The position numbers were made by a program, and so were the translations under genes. Positions 49,820-61,400 of a stretch of 64,000 nt of DNA are shown here, in pieces. The notes beneath the pieces are model-generated. The model did no database searches. It had not been told where the DNA came from and saw only the letters and a program-made list of their open reading frames with translations. Position 1 is the first letter of the stretch; the number at the start of each line of letters is the position of its first letter. Source of the DNA: Klebsormidium nitens (Eukaryota > Plantae > Klebsormidiophyceae); contig DF237353.1 in assembly GCA_000708835.1 (NCBI GenBank), forward strand, positions 20,553 through 84,552. The letters are read 5' to 3'.

Positions 49820-52258
49820 ATGACAGCTGTTACGATGGCGACGACGCCCGAAGCCCCGCCCGCCTTCAAGGGCGGTCCGCATCTGACGGTCAGCTGGAGG
49901 CGTCCCGGTTCCAAAAAGTGGCAGCCGTTCGAGGATAGCCTCGGACCCGCCATCCTTGCGGCGACCGCGTCGGGACAGGCGACCTTCCAGCTGGAGGAGT
50001 CCCTGCGGAGGTCGCCGCGACTCAATCCAGAGGAGAGGAAAGCGAAGCGCGCGCGCGCTTCTCGAAGGTGATGAAAGTAATTCGCATTATTTTGGCACGA
50101 AGGCTGTCAGATCATGGCTGACGAAACGGCTTTCAGTCATTCGGCGGACGGCTTTGAGAGCGAATGTTTAGAACCTGGTTGAACGGAATTTGAAGTTTTC
50201 TCTCGCTTGCTGGAGTCAGAAGTCGCTCAAGGATCACTTCCAAAGAATTCATAGTACCCCACAAATCTACAAACTCTCAGTCAACGAAGCAAAGCAAGAC
50301 AACTTATAAGACTTGCAGGTCGTTCCCCTTCGCGTGGACGAAAAACATTCGAAATTTCCCCAACTTGCATCAATTTTCCTAAACAGAGCCGGAAGAATAG
50401 AAAGAGCCTGATACTGCGCGTTGTTTGACTGCACTTGAAGCCCTTGAGAGCCAGTCTAGCCAACAAGGCCCTCTACCCTAAGGTTTCCGCGTCGCATATG
50501 ATGCTGACAGTCGACACAAAATGATCCTTTTCTTTCTTGATCAGATCCTCGAAGGAAGTGGACCTTGTGGTGACGCTCAAGACAGACCGCAACGGGTGTC
50601 CGGCGTCGAACTCGGAACGCGCCGTTCGCTGGGGCTTCTCTTCGACGTGCAGCTTCGACCGGCTGCCAAGAACTGCGCGCGCTCTTGCGGCCATGATCGC
50701 GGATTGCGAGGCGCCGAAGAAACGACAGGTACAAATAGAGAAAGACGTTATCGCCGACTTGAGCTTTAATGCGGAGTGCAAGCAGAAGGAGTTCTTTCCA
50801 AACATGTTGGAAGTCTATCAGTTGATGCTGCACTGGGCGCTCGGACCTTTTGTCAAGTATCGACTTGCTTTTTGTTGAAGACTCTTCCGCAAGCAGTATT
50901 GTTGGACGACGAACCTGTGCACGTATTCAGATGCCGTTTGCTTTGCGGATCATGCAAGGTCTTCGTTTTCTTAAGTGCGCTTAATCCTCTGTATTTTAGT
51001 CCAGCTCGCACTTTCTTACTTTAAGATGGAGTTTGCCGTCATTTCCCACTACTTGATTGAACTCTTGCAAACCTCCTCGGTTCGGGAACCGCTCGTTGGA
51101 TGGTATCACCAAGAGATACCGGAGTTGCTAGGATGAAAGTTTGCAAAGCATCAACTCTCAGAGATGCCCTGACCACTGAAAATATGTAATTCTGCAAGGC
51201 TAACTAGATTCGCTCAACGTGTAAAGCTCGCTTAGCTTTCTGCTCCGCTGTTGCAGCTTTGGCATTCCTTGCAACTTACGCTGGACTTATTGGTGCCGTC
51301 TTTTGCAGGTCCTCTCCGAATTGCTCGATTTCCTGACGTCTGAAGAGCGCATCCACAAATTCCTGTCCGAAATAGACTTCGCCGCCAATCCCGTTCAGTG
51401 GTTTCCCTCACTGACGGCATGCGCCGCGAAAACCGGGACCCTTCGGATCTCGCGGATCACCGTGAACGCGCGCGCGCGGCCCGGAGGCGCGCTGTACGCG
51501 CGATTTCTGGACGCGATGGCACGACACGTGGCAGACCTGGGAGGTAGGTAGCCACTCTTTCTGCGCTAGAAAGCTTTTAGATAGATTGAAGCGTGGATGA
51601 AATTCAGCTCTGCGAATGTATTCCCCCCCTCTCCATGAGTGCCGCGGGCGAGACCTTCCATGGGCACCGAAAAGACATGCCCAGAAAGGGCCAATTGACA
51701 CCTGGATAAAGATACACACATTACCCAGCTTTCAACAGCATCGAGCATGGTTGATCCAACGGAAAAGACGCAGCAAGAGATCATATGTATCACAGCTCGT
51801 TTCTGGGACACGTTCATGATCTGAGTACTTGCGCAGGGTGTCCCCCAGAGCTCGTGAACAGTGCGTAAGCAATCGTGCCTGCAGATGCGCTCCGGTCACT
51901 CATGGGCTCCGACTCTCAGAAGATGGCGCCGCTCCTTTTCGCCTTCCACGGCACTCCGCCCCCCAACGTTCCGTCCATCTTGGAGAACGGAATGCTGCCG
52001 GAAAAGAGAATAGCGAGCGGCGGGGACTGGTTCGGAACGTTACCGTTCGCGAGCTTGAGTTACTGCCAGAAGCAGTGGGGCTGCGGTGTCATTGGGGGGC
52101 CTCCGTTCCGGCTGATCCTGTTCCTGCTTCTTCCGGTTCCGTCAGCTGTGCTCTCTGGAACGGAAAGTTGGGTGACCGTGGGCATTAACGTGCTCTCCGA
52201 CCCGCGTTACGAGCTTCCACTCTGCACCGTAGACATGGAGTGCGACGAGACGAAATGA
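49820..52258 (+). CDS. WWE-like domain plus divergent PARP-like ADP-ribosyltransferase domain, 4 exons
   Basis: Exons 49820-~50067 (VSWRRPGSKKWQPFEDSLGPAILAATASGQATFQL), 50545-~50727 (NSERAVRW), 51309-51543 (LRISRITVN...LYARFLDAM) and 51885-52258 (FAFHGTPPPNVPSILENGM...GDWFGT...SLSYC...RLILFLLL...YELPLCTV*). Splice phases are compatible. FHGT..N..SI..NG followed by G.[YW]F....S..Y is the ART-fold NAD-binding signature. Confidence 0.72.
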
Positions 52259-53175
52259 GAACACACGCTTGTAAAAGTATAGGCGGAGAATGTTCTAGGA
52301 CACTAAAATTAGTGCCATGCATTGTTGGATGCATAGGCGGGCAACTTAGCAAGCACAACAGTGCGCACCACGTTCCGAGTTCAAATGTCTTCAACTGTCG
52401 ACGGACACCAACGAATGCAAGCACGATCCTTCCGCGTAAGCGTGGTTCTTAGATTTCGCTTTCTGATCCAACGCCGTTCCGTGGAATAAGCATGCACATG
52501 ATTCGCGCAACAAGTGATCGCTTTACATGATAAGATGCCTGATTGAAGGATACAGCTTTCTGAACCTACTTGACATTCACGTGGCATATTCTAACCAATG
52601 GAAATACAATGGGTTTGCAATACGTCGTATGCAAAACTAGACGGAATACTACGTCATTTCAGATCAATGATCACAATCCCAAGTTTGACGCTTGTGCCAA
52701 ATTCATCCATTTGTCAATGCTCGATGTCGCAAACTTACATAACAGAGAAAGGAACAACGTATATGTGTCCGCTTCATTGAAGCTATTGCTCTATTGCATG
52801 CCATTGACTCGGACGTATGCCCTGCAGTGATCATGCACATTCAGGGTATGTAGTACGTGTACCTTACCGTACAATCAGTCCGTGTTGCAGGGCTGAGGTC
52901 ACAGTAAACTTCAACCACAAGACGCGCTCTTTGCAGCGATCGCAACAGTTCGGGCAGCCCTCCAGTAGGAAGCTAGCCCGCCTCGCGGGGGCAGGCTGCC
53001 GCGGCCGGCCGCAACTCAAAGGGTTTCCCGGTAGGAACCTGCAAACCCGCCGATCCGGGGCGTACGCGGTCGGCTACGCGCATGTGCCGACTAAACAACA
53101 TCAGCTCCAATGTTTTGTCGAACTCCTGAACGAGCGGGTAAACGCGTGATTTTGTTCAACTTCTACAAATGAAAC

Positions 53176-54000
53176 ATGGGTCTTTCTTCCTCCTGCCCTG
53201 CTGCTGGCGCGCGGTCTCATGCTGGCGGCATAGCTCCCGAGGACCTTCGGATTCAGAAAGGCAGCTCTGATGCTTGTCAAGGGGATCATCCCAAGGCAGA
53301 GGAAGCTGCAGCCGATCCCATGACGCCCGCTCCTTCGGTTGTCATTGTTTGGGTTCTCAGTGAATTGTTTGAAGTTCCGTGGCAACCAAATGAGGTTGAG
53401 AGGCTGCGGCGCGAGGTTCAGTTGGAGGCCCATGCAGTGCGGCTGGGGAAATCCTGGGAGACGTATGGGGACACGTTTGTCAACTCTTTTGCCAAGGAGC
53501 TGATGTTGTGCGTACAAGATGTGAGCCATCAACACAGCAACCTAAGTGCGTTGACTGACTTCCTCGCGCGGCTCTTCGGCGCTTGTCCAAGCAATCCAAG
53601 CTTACACATCAGGAGGGGTTCACAGGAGCTTTGGCCTTCTGTTCTGGAGGAGTTCCGCCGGAAGCACGAGCAGTTGTCTCAAGGAACGGAACGGGCGGCA
53701 CCTGCAACAACGCGCTGGCGAGAGAAGAGTCTGGAATTCCTCCGTCATCTGGACTACTCGATTCCTTATATTGGCACTGGGGACGAGGTTTCTAACGAAG
53801 TGTCGAGAAGGTTGAGAGGAGCGGTCGAAAAGGTCAGGGCAGGGCTGTTGAATGAGAAATCGAAGATAAGACAAGCGCAGGAAGAGGTAATTGAGGAAGC
53901 TGAAGAAGCGCAGATGAGAGCCAAACGGGCGCTGGTCAAGGCTTCTCTGGAGAAGGCGCCCTGGGAAAAGGGAGCATTGTCAGGCGAGAGGAGGATTTGA
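53176..54000 (+). CDS. Uncharacterised 274-aa ORF with putative N-myristoylation motif and C-terminal coiled coil
   Basis: Long uninterrupted ORF with protein-like composition. It starts MGLSSSC and has a heptad-like E/K/R/A-rich C-terminus. No family recognised, and an upstream exon cannot be excluded. Confidence 0.55.
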   Translation: MGLSSSCPAAGARSHAGGIAPEDLRIQKGSSDACQGDHPKAEEAAADPMTPAPSVVIVWVLSELFEVPWQPNEVERLRREVQLEAHAVRLGKSWETYGDTFVNSFAKELMLCVQDVSHQHSNLSALTDFLARLFGACPSNPSLHIRRGSQELWPSVLEEFRRKHEQLSQGTERAAPATTRWREKSLEFLRHLDYSIPYIGTGDEVSNEVSRRLRGAVEKVRAGLLNEKSKIRQAQEEVIEEAEEAQMRAKRALVKASLEKAPWEKGALSGERRI

Positions 54001-55429
54001 GGCAACTTTGGAGATGGCATGAGTAAAGATGTTTTTGTGTAATTGAAAGGACCTCCTGACGCTTGTAGTGGTACCAAACGGCATGTGTTGCAAATTTTCG
54101 GGCATGAACACGGGCGACGGCGTAAGTGTCAATTCGCCGTTGATTGATTCTGGAAAGAGGTAATCAACGTGAAACTGATCATGGTGTTAACGCTGGGTCA
54201 TGGCATGCAATGTTTGCCTACTAATCCGGGTGTCTAGCTCTCTGTGAGTTGCATGCCTGAATTGGAAGCCAAACAGCTTGACCTTCAATTGAACCTGTAC
54301 GTCGTTGCAACCCAAATACAACAATGTGTGATTGAAGCTCTACCACGCGCACATGTGCACCATTACAGAGAGTCCAATCCTCGAACTTTGTGCACTAGTC
54401 TATAGGAGTTCGGCCTTTGTTGGCAGTTTCCAACTAGACGAGATATTGTAGGTATATTTGTGAAATATGAACACGAAGCCTTCGTAGACATGACGCGCAC
54501 TACAGTGTGCGGCGGCTCAGATTCGGTCACGTTAAACGAAGCTACAAGGATGAGTCAACTAAAGTAGATATGAGCACAGTAAGGCTCTGATCTCAACCTG
54601 GGACGGGTGGGCCGTTAGGTCATGCGGGTTTAGGGCCGTGGCTATGGGTGCCCTAGCGGAGCAGGTGAACGTACGGGCCTGTGGTTTCAGTTGTTAGTGT
54701 TAGCCTAGTTTACAAAGCTTACTTTTGCTACATGCATGACATATAGAGACATGCCGGTTGACCTCAGTTGACGGCCCGAATTGAAAGCGCGTATAAGCTT
54801 TGCGGCCTGCCAAGCTGACCAGCCGTTATGATGATTCCATCATGATTGGCACGTGGAATTTGATGGGCCCGAGGCTTCTGAGCGGACCGGGAAATGAGCT
54901 TTGGAGCCGGAGGAATCGATCTTTGCGGGCTACATCCAAGTACATGTGTCGGTCTGCAAGATGAGATAACGTCTGATCTTGTACTGTAGCTGGATTCATA
55001 TACCGAACCTTCCGAAGGTTCACCGTGACTATGACAGGTTGACTATAAGATCCGCCCTACGCCATGCACTGACCGGACGACGCCCCATGAAGTAGGCTTT
55101 CCCCACTGATTCGAGCTGTATCAAAATCAGCACCGTCTGAAATCACTTACGATGTAGATACAAATAGGACACATCATCCGTCTAGACGTGTGCTTAACCC
55201 AGCACGCCACTGCGCAAAGACTTTCTCCTCAAAGCGCCTCATTGAAATCTATTCAAAAGAATGAAATACAGCTCGTGCTCGGTGATGACGAGCAGAACGT
55301 AGTGGTCGACACCGTTTCCCTTCTCCCTAAATGCCTTGATAATGGTCTTCTAATTTACTTACAAATCAGCGGCAAGGTGGAATCGAAACTTTGCCGGCTG
55401 CGCCTGCAAACTTTGCCACGTGGCGACAA

Positions 55430-58400
55430 CTAAATGGCCTCGTCATCCGACTCCTGGTCCATCTTGCGGACTGTCCGCACCTGGATGTGGTGCGTCGATT
55501 CGGACCGCCAGATGGGCTGCCGGCCGCTCTGGACTAGAGCCACGTCCTCGCCCGGCTTCACCATGCCACGCGACTGCAGAGCCGGCAGAAGACGTCAGGA
55601 TCAAGCTGACGTCACCTTGACTTAGCGCCAGACTCCGAGCATTTTCGCTTGATGCCGAGCAGCAAAAGGATTCGCCTCAGGAACGCCGTCCAGATCATTG
55701 CCCGAAATCTCTGCTAAGAGATGTCTGGCAGGCTCCTGATCTCAACCATTCGATGGGCGCTCCGGAATCGGATCAACGAGATCCCCTCAGAGAGACAATC
55801 GGCGCAGCACAAGCAAACAGAACACAAGAAGCGGGGAAGAAAAGCGGGGTGAGAATCCTCTCACCAGGAGTATCTTGATGGCCTCTGAGAACGTCTCCTC
55901 TGCGTCGGAAGAGAACTCGAGATAGAGCGCGCGCACCCCGTGGTATAGTGCGAGGCGCTGCTGCACGCGCTTGCTGCACGACCACAGAGCCGAATGCTGT
56001 CAGAGCAGGCGGTTCAAAATCGTACCGTTCCCGGGCAGGCAACAACAGGAAAGCCTCGCCCTACTTATTGGTCTCGCCAGTGGGTTACGCGAAGCCGGAA
56101 GGGGCAAACCCGTATCGTTCTCAAACCCGTATCATTCTCAGCACGACCGCAGCAGAGAAGCCTCGCCGACTTTTTTGGCCGTGCCACTGACTCCACGAGC
56201 AGAGAGAGAGAAGCGGAAGACCTGAGAAGAAGAGACACTGATGCAGTACAATAGACTGACTCATTAGTCAGATGCTACAGTACAGGGCCTTGAGGCAATT
56301 TAGCCAAAGGCAAACGCGGAGACGCACACAAGGCATGACGAGCTTGAATGGACCACTTACTCTGGACTAGGCGGTCTATTCAGCAATGCAATCACTGGCA
56401 ACCGCCAGGATTTCACCAGTTCTCCGCTCAATTTGACCAAGTCTGTTCCTTGTAAAACTCGGATGCCTTGATCAACACAAGACAGCGCCTCGTCGCTAGA
56501 CAGTGTACACATGGCGCTGTGGTCCTGCCAAACGTAAGAACTGGGGATGCTTTTCCAGGGGGCGACAGTCTCACTCGTTCGTGAAGGCGAAGGTGGTCCC
56601 GACGGGGCGGTAGTGCGAGAGCAGCATGGCCATGAAGCCGCTGCGCGTAAACACCAAAATGGACGCGCCCAGCGTGTTGCTCATGATCGTCGCGTGGAAC
56701 GCAAACATCTCGCTCATGTGGTTCTGCAAATAGCGCGGCAGGGAGACATGTTATCGCCAATGTCTCGAGAGTTTGTATGGGAGAACTCAACTACGGTGAT
56801 GCGCGCATACTTCGTGACGGGACACTGGATAAGCAAGTCAGCAAGGGAAGGCCTTTTCGTGGCGGGACGGGCCCCTGTCTGTAGGGATTAGTATCGACAG
56901 TCCACTTCGGCAGCCGGTCCACACGTGCCGAGATGGGCGCCCCAAACAAAATCCCGTATGCTTGTGCTCGAAATCCGAGCTGAATCATTATCACCTTGAG
57001 CTGACGTCAGCAATTTCGAAGGGCAACCGTGCACTGAACGACTTAGCGATAACGCGGCTCAAGGACGATTCATACAAACGACACCAGCTAACATCAGCGG
57101 TTCGTCATCCAGGCGTGGCGCTCACCTTGAAGGCGCGGCCCAGGTTGGGGGGCGCATGCGTCTCGGGCATGGTGGCCTCGGTCCTCATGGCCACGGTGTG
57201 CATCACCTTGACCGCCTTCAGGGGGTACTTGCCGTGGGCAGTCTCGCCTGGTAATAGAAGGGGCGTTCTTAGAAAAGGGTGCCCTATGCTTCGGAGACTC
57301 AGAAAAAAAGGCTTGAAACGATCAGAAAGAACAATCGAGGTGTTGGCCTAGGGAGGAGAATGAGAGAAATGGAAACCTGGATCACAGAAAGTGGCATGCT
57401 GCTTTTGTCACCGCCATCTGACTTGCAGCCCCGCTGGGCTCGCCCACGAAGGAACTCACAACAAAGTCCTTATAACCCCCAATCTCAAGCTGGATTGTAA
57501 GGTTCCGTCATTTCGCCAGCAATACAAGACACGGTCAGCTCCCGAACCAACTTCCGGTCCAACTCCCACGTTCACAACCACTTCCAAACCAAACCACCTG
57601 ATATTTGCAAGGCTTCTGAGGCCAACCCTGACAGCATGACGGCGTCCTGTCAAATTGCTCCCCCAACCTCCAACCGCTGAATGTCGCAATCTCACCACTC
57701 ATGCTCCTGCATCCAAACCTCACCTGACAGCATGACGGCGTCCGCACCCTCCCGGACCGCGATCGCAATGTCCGACACCTCAGCGCGAGTCGGCGCGGGG
57801 TGCACGATCATGCTCTCGAGCATGTTGGTCGCCACAATGACCGGCTTGCCCATGCTGCGGTTGATGCGAATAATTTCTCCCTGAAGCAGCGGCACCTCTT
57901 CCACCGGCAACTCTGCGCCCAGGTCACCGCGTGCCACCATCGCCTGTGGTTTAAAGTTTAGTTAGTTGCTTATTGGCCACGGGGAAACTCGTATTATGGA
58001 TGCTATCGCCTTGCAGCAACGGTGCCTCGTCCACTGGCAACTCTGCGCCAAGGTCACCCCGCGCAACCATTGCCTGTGGGGAGGAATCTGGTTAGCTGCT
58101 TGTTGGCCACGGCGACCCTCTTTCCATGGATGATCTGCAATGAACGAACAATGGCACTTTGCCATCAGCAATCCTGTGCCGAGGTCACCACGCCCCACCA
58201 TCGCCTGTGAGGACGACACTCCAGGTTTCTTTTGAGGCACTTTTAAGGTTGCGCGTTTTTTTCAAGCACCGTGTTGCTTGACAACAGGACTTTTTCTGTT
58301 CCGGGTTGCAGCGGCGCCTGCCAACATAAGGGTCTTGATCTGAAGATTAAGGTCGAGACCGCATAACTCTATAAAAATCCAAGAGAACGTCTACAGCCCT

Positions 58401-61400
58401 GCAGTAGCGACACTGCTTCCACGGGCAGCTCTACGCCGAGGTCACCGCACGCCACCATCGCTTGCCAACAACTCAGTGTTGCAGATTCGATTTTGAGGCA
58501 AGGGAGATTGGTCCGTCGATTCGTCTTGCAGGGGAAGATATCTTTGATCCTTTGTGTCGTTCAAGTCAGAAAGCAGCGGGGCCAAGTCAGCGACTACTTT
58601 AAAACTCAACTTCCGCAGGGATGGAAACCTTCTCGAGAAACTCTTCCGAGCTTCCGAGTACCTTATGCACACGCCTCCTCAGACAGACGTTTGCTGCGCA
58701 TCAGAGAATGTGTTTTCAAAGTGGCAAGGAGCGACCTTTTACACTCACCCCGTCGGCAGCATCTAGGATGGAGAGCAGGTTGGGAACGGAGTCGGCGCTC
58801 TCGATCTTCACCAGCACCCTGATGTCCGCGTTCTTTTCTGCAGAATGTGAAAGCGAGGAGCTTTGGTCCGCTGTTTCGGTGGCACTTGACGGTAAGAAAC
58901 AAATGCACCTAAATCTGGATCTAAGGAAGAAAGCCTGATTCTGAAGAGCGGAAGGGAAAGGTGGACGTCTTCTCATTCAAAGCTGTGGATGCTAAAGCTT
59001 TTGTTTGGACTCGCAGGGTCCACTAAACGCCGAATTGAGCAGTTCTAGTCGATCTGAGCCGTCGCTAACAACAACCACCACTCCTTGCCACTTTGAAAAC
59101 ACATTCAATGGCCCACACTGCACCCAATCAACACGTTCCCTTCTTTTGAGCAACCACGAGAAGCCACGTCACATAGAAAGACAGGACCCATTCATGCTGG
59201 AATGGAAAGGCCAGCATCGTACGGCCACTCTGCAATATCAATGGTCTGCTTGAGGTTTCCATGCAAGCGGAGCAACATACGATCAAAGATTGTTTGCGAG
59301 ATCAACAAGGAGCGGCTATCAGCAGCCCCTCTAAGTTGACCTTGCACTGATAGAAAGGGCGGATCGACGGCTGTCTGTAACCACACGATCCTTGATTCCT
59401 TCGTTGAGCCCGCATATAGCAGAACAAAAGTTCGGGGCATCGCACCTCTGAGGTAGGACTTTAGCTCGTGCACAATCTGGGCGTCCTTGACGAAAGACAG
59501 CGCGTAGTAGTCGACCTCGTTCTCAACACCGAACTTGATGTCCTCCCAATCCTTGTCTGCAGGTCAACGCAAACCGCCTGGGGTTAGCGGAACATCTCAG
59601 GCAATTCTCGCCGCTAACCAAGCTGACTACTTGTTTTAAATCTCAGGTTATGAAACAAGTACCGGGCTTTAACCTTGTTCCTAAGGCTAGTCACCACCCA
59701 AGTCTGGTTATTGGACCTATGAAATTTATTGAATCAGCAGCCCATAACCACCCATGGTTAAAGAGGAGGCTGCGCGCGTGAATACACAGCACGCCTGCAG
59801 AGTAATAGATAAAAGAGATAGATTCCTTCTTCATGTCCCCCCATTTTTGAGCGACATCGAGGACGACTTTGCAGGATTCTTCAGCGTCAGAACACGATCT
59901 CCGAACAAAGAGTGACCGACTGGGCTGCTGATTGGTCTTATCAAGAGGACACGTGGGTACCAACCGAGAAACCATAAGGTCTATATACATCCATTCTAGG
60001 ACTAGTAAGCTCTCTGAATAATGAGGTCAATCTTATGGGTAAAATAAGGAGTCCTGACCCAGACATTTGGGCGCTCCGCACCCAATCTCACCCGTCCCCA
60101 GGCCTGCCGTTATTCATTGATATGGCTTATTTCTTACAGAGTATAGAATGCTAGAAGGTCTCTGTCCTGACATCGACTTCGCCAGTTACTCGCGCCCGCA
60201 GTGCTCGATTTCTGCGTTCGTTTGAAGCATCTCACGGCTACAAGGGACAGCTACCGACAAAGTGCAACGGACAAGTAGTCCCCACCTGTGATGGAGGGCA
60301 GCGTGGCACTCTTGCCACGCACGTTGAGGTGCCGGCGCGACTTGAGCTCGCCCTCGTCTCCCACCTCGCAGATGACGTCCTCAGCTGTCTTCTTCACCGC
60401 AACGAGCGACATCATGCCGCCTGCAGGAATTCAGCTTTCGGAGCTCATGTCTTTTGCAAAGGAGTAATGCGGAGCAATCACGCTATCAAAGCGGAGTTGG
60501 GTTGGAGTTGGGTTGGGTTGGAGTTGAGTGCGCATCAGAGCCCGACTTGGACTAGAAGGGAAGGCATATCTCGCTGCTCAGGCGGCAGATTACTATATAA
60601 ACCACCATCTGTGCTTCAAAGCATATCCAGTGGGAAGGAGCACCTTACCATCCACCAGGATCTCATCGCCCACGCTGACATCATCAACAAAGCCGTCGTA
60701 GTTGACGCTGACGCGGTTGGGTTCGCTGATCCCCCGCTTGATGGTGAACGTGAACGGGTCGCCCTTTTTCATCATCAGGGGCTGGGGGAGGTCACCGCTG
60801 CGCACCTCCGGGCCCTGCGAGAGTGTAAAACCGGATCATCACTATTGACCAGCATCATGAGTTCTTAAGTGTGCGAAGATCGGTGGCTCAATGAAAGGAC
60901 AGTACTCGGGAACAACGGATTGAAGCCAGTCACATGGATGCAAACGACAGTCGTCCTTTGTAATCACAGGGTCGGGCACGAGGGCAAACGAAGCACACAG
61001 CTCCGCAGTCCAGGCTCTAGCTCTCAAAAGGTGGGGTGGGAAACAAGAAAACCACTTTCTTTCAAAAGGGTTCAAAGGGGGAAGAGAGGCAGGCTGGAAG
61101 ACATATCATGCTGCTTTAAAACGTGCTGTTGCAAATCATGATATGCCCTCCCTGGAATAGTGCCGTGCTACTGATTTGGCTGCTCACAAAAATCACGGAC
61201 GGTTTCTGAAGAGGTTTGATTGTCAACTTTTGAAGACCCATTACAAGGAAATCTGCAACCCATGAGGAGCACCAAGCCTTCACAGAACACCCGTTCAGAT
61301 GCATCTGAATTGAGCATCTGCAACGCTCAAGCCCACTTCAACTTCAAAGACGGCCCCTGAGACCATGTGCCTCCGTCCTCAAACCGAAAAGGTCGGAATG

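Noticed and set aside
54600-54720. Telomere-like TTTAGGG
   Set aside because: A single copy with no tandem array.
54835-54965. RNase H-like fragment (DWHVEFDG) of a retroelement
   Set aside because: Only a few matching residues, interrupted by stops, and no other retroelement domains or LTRs nearby.
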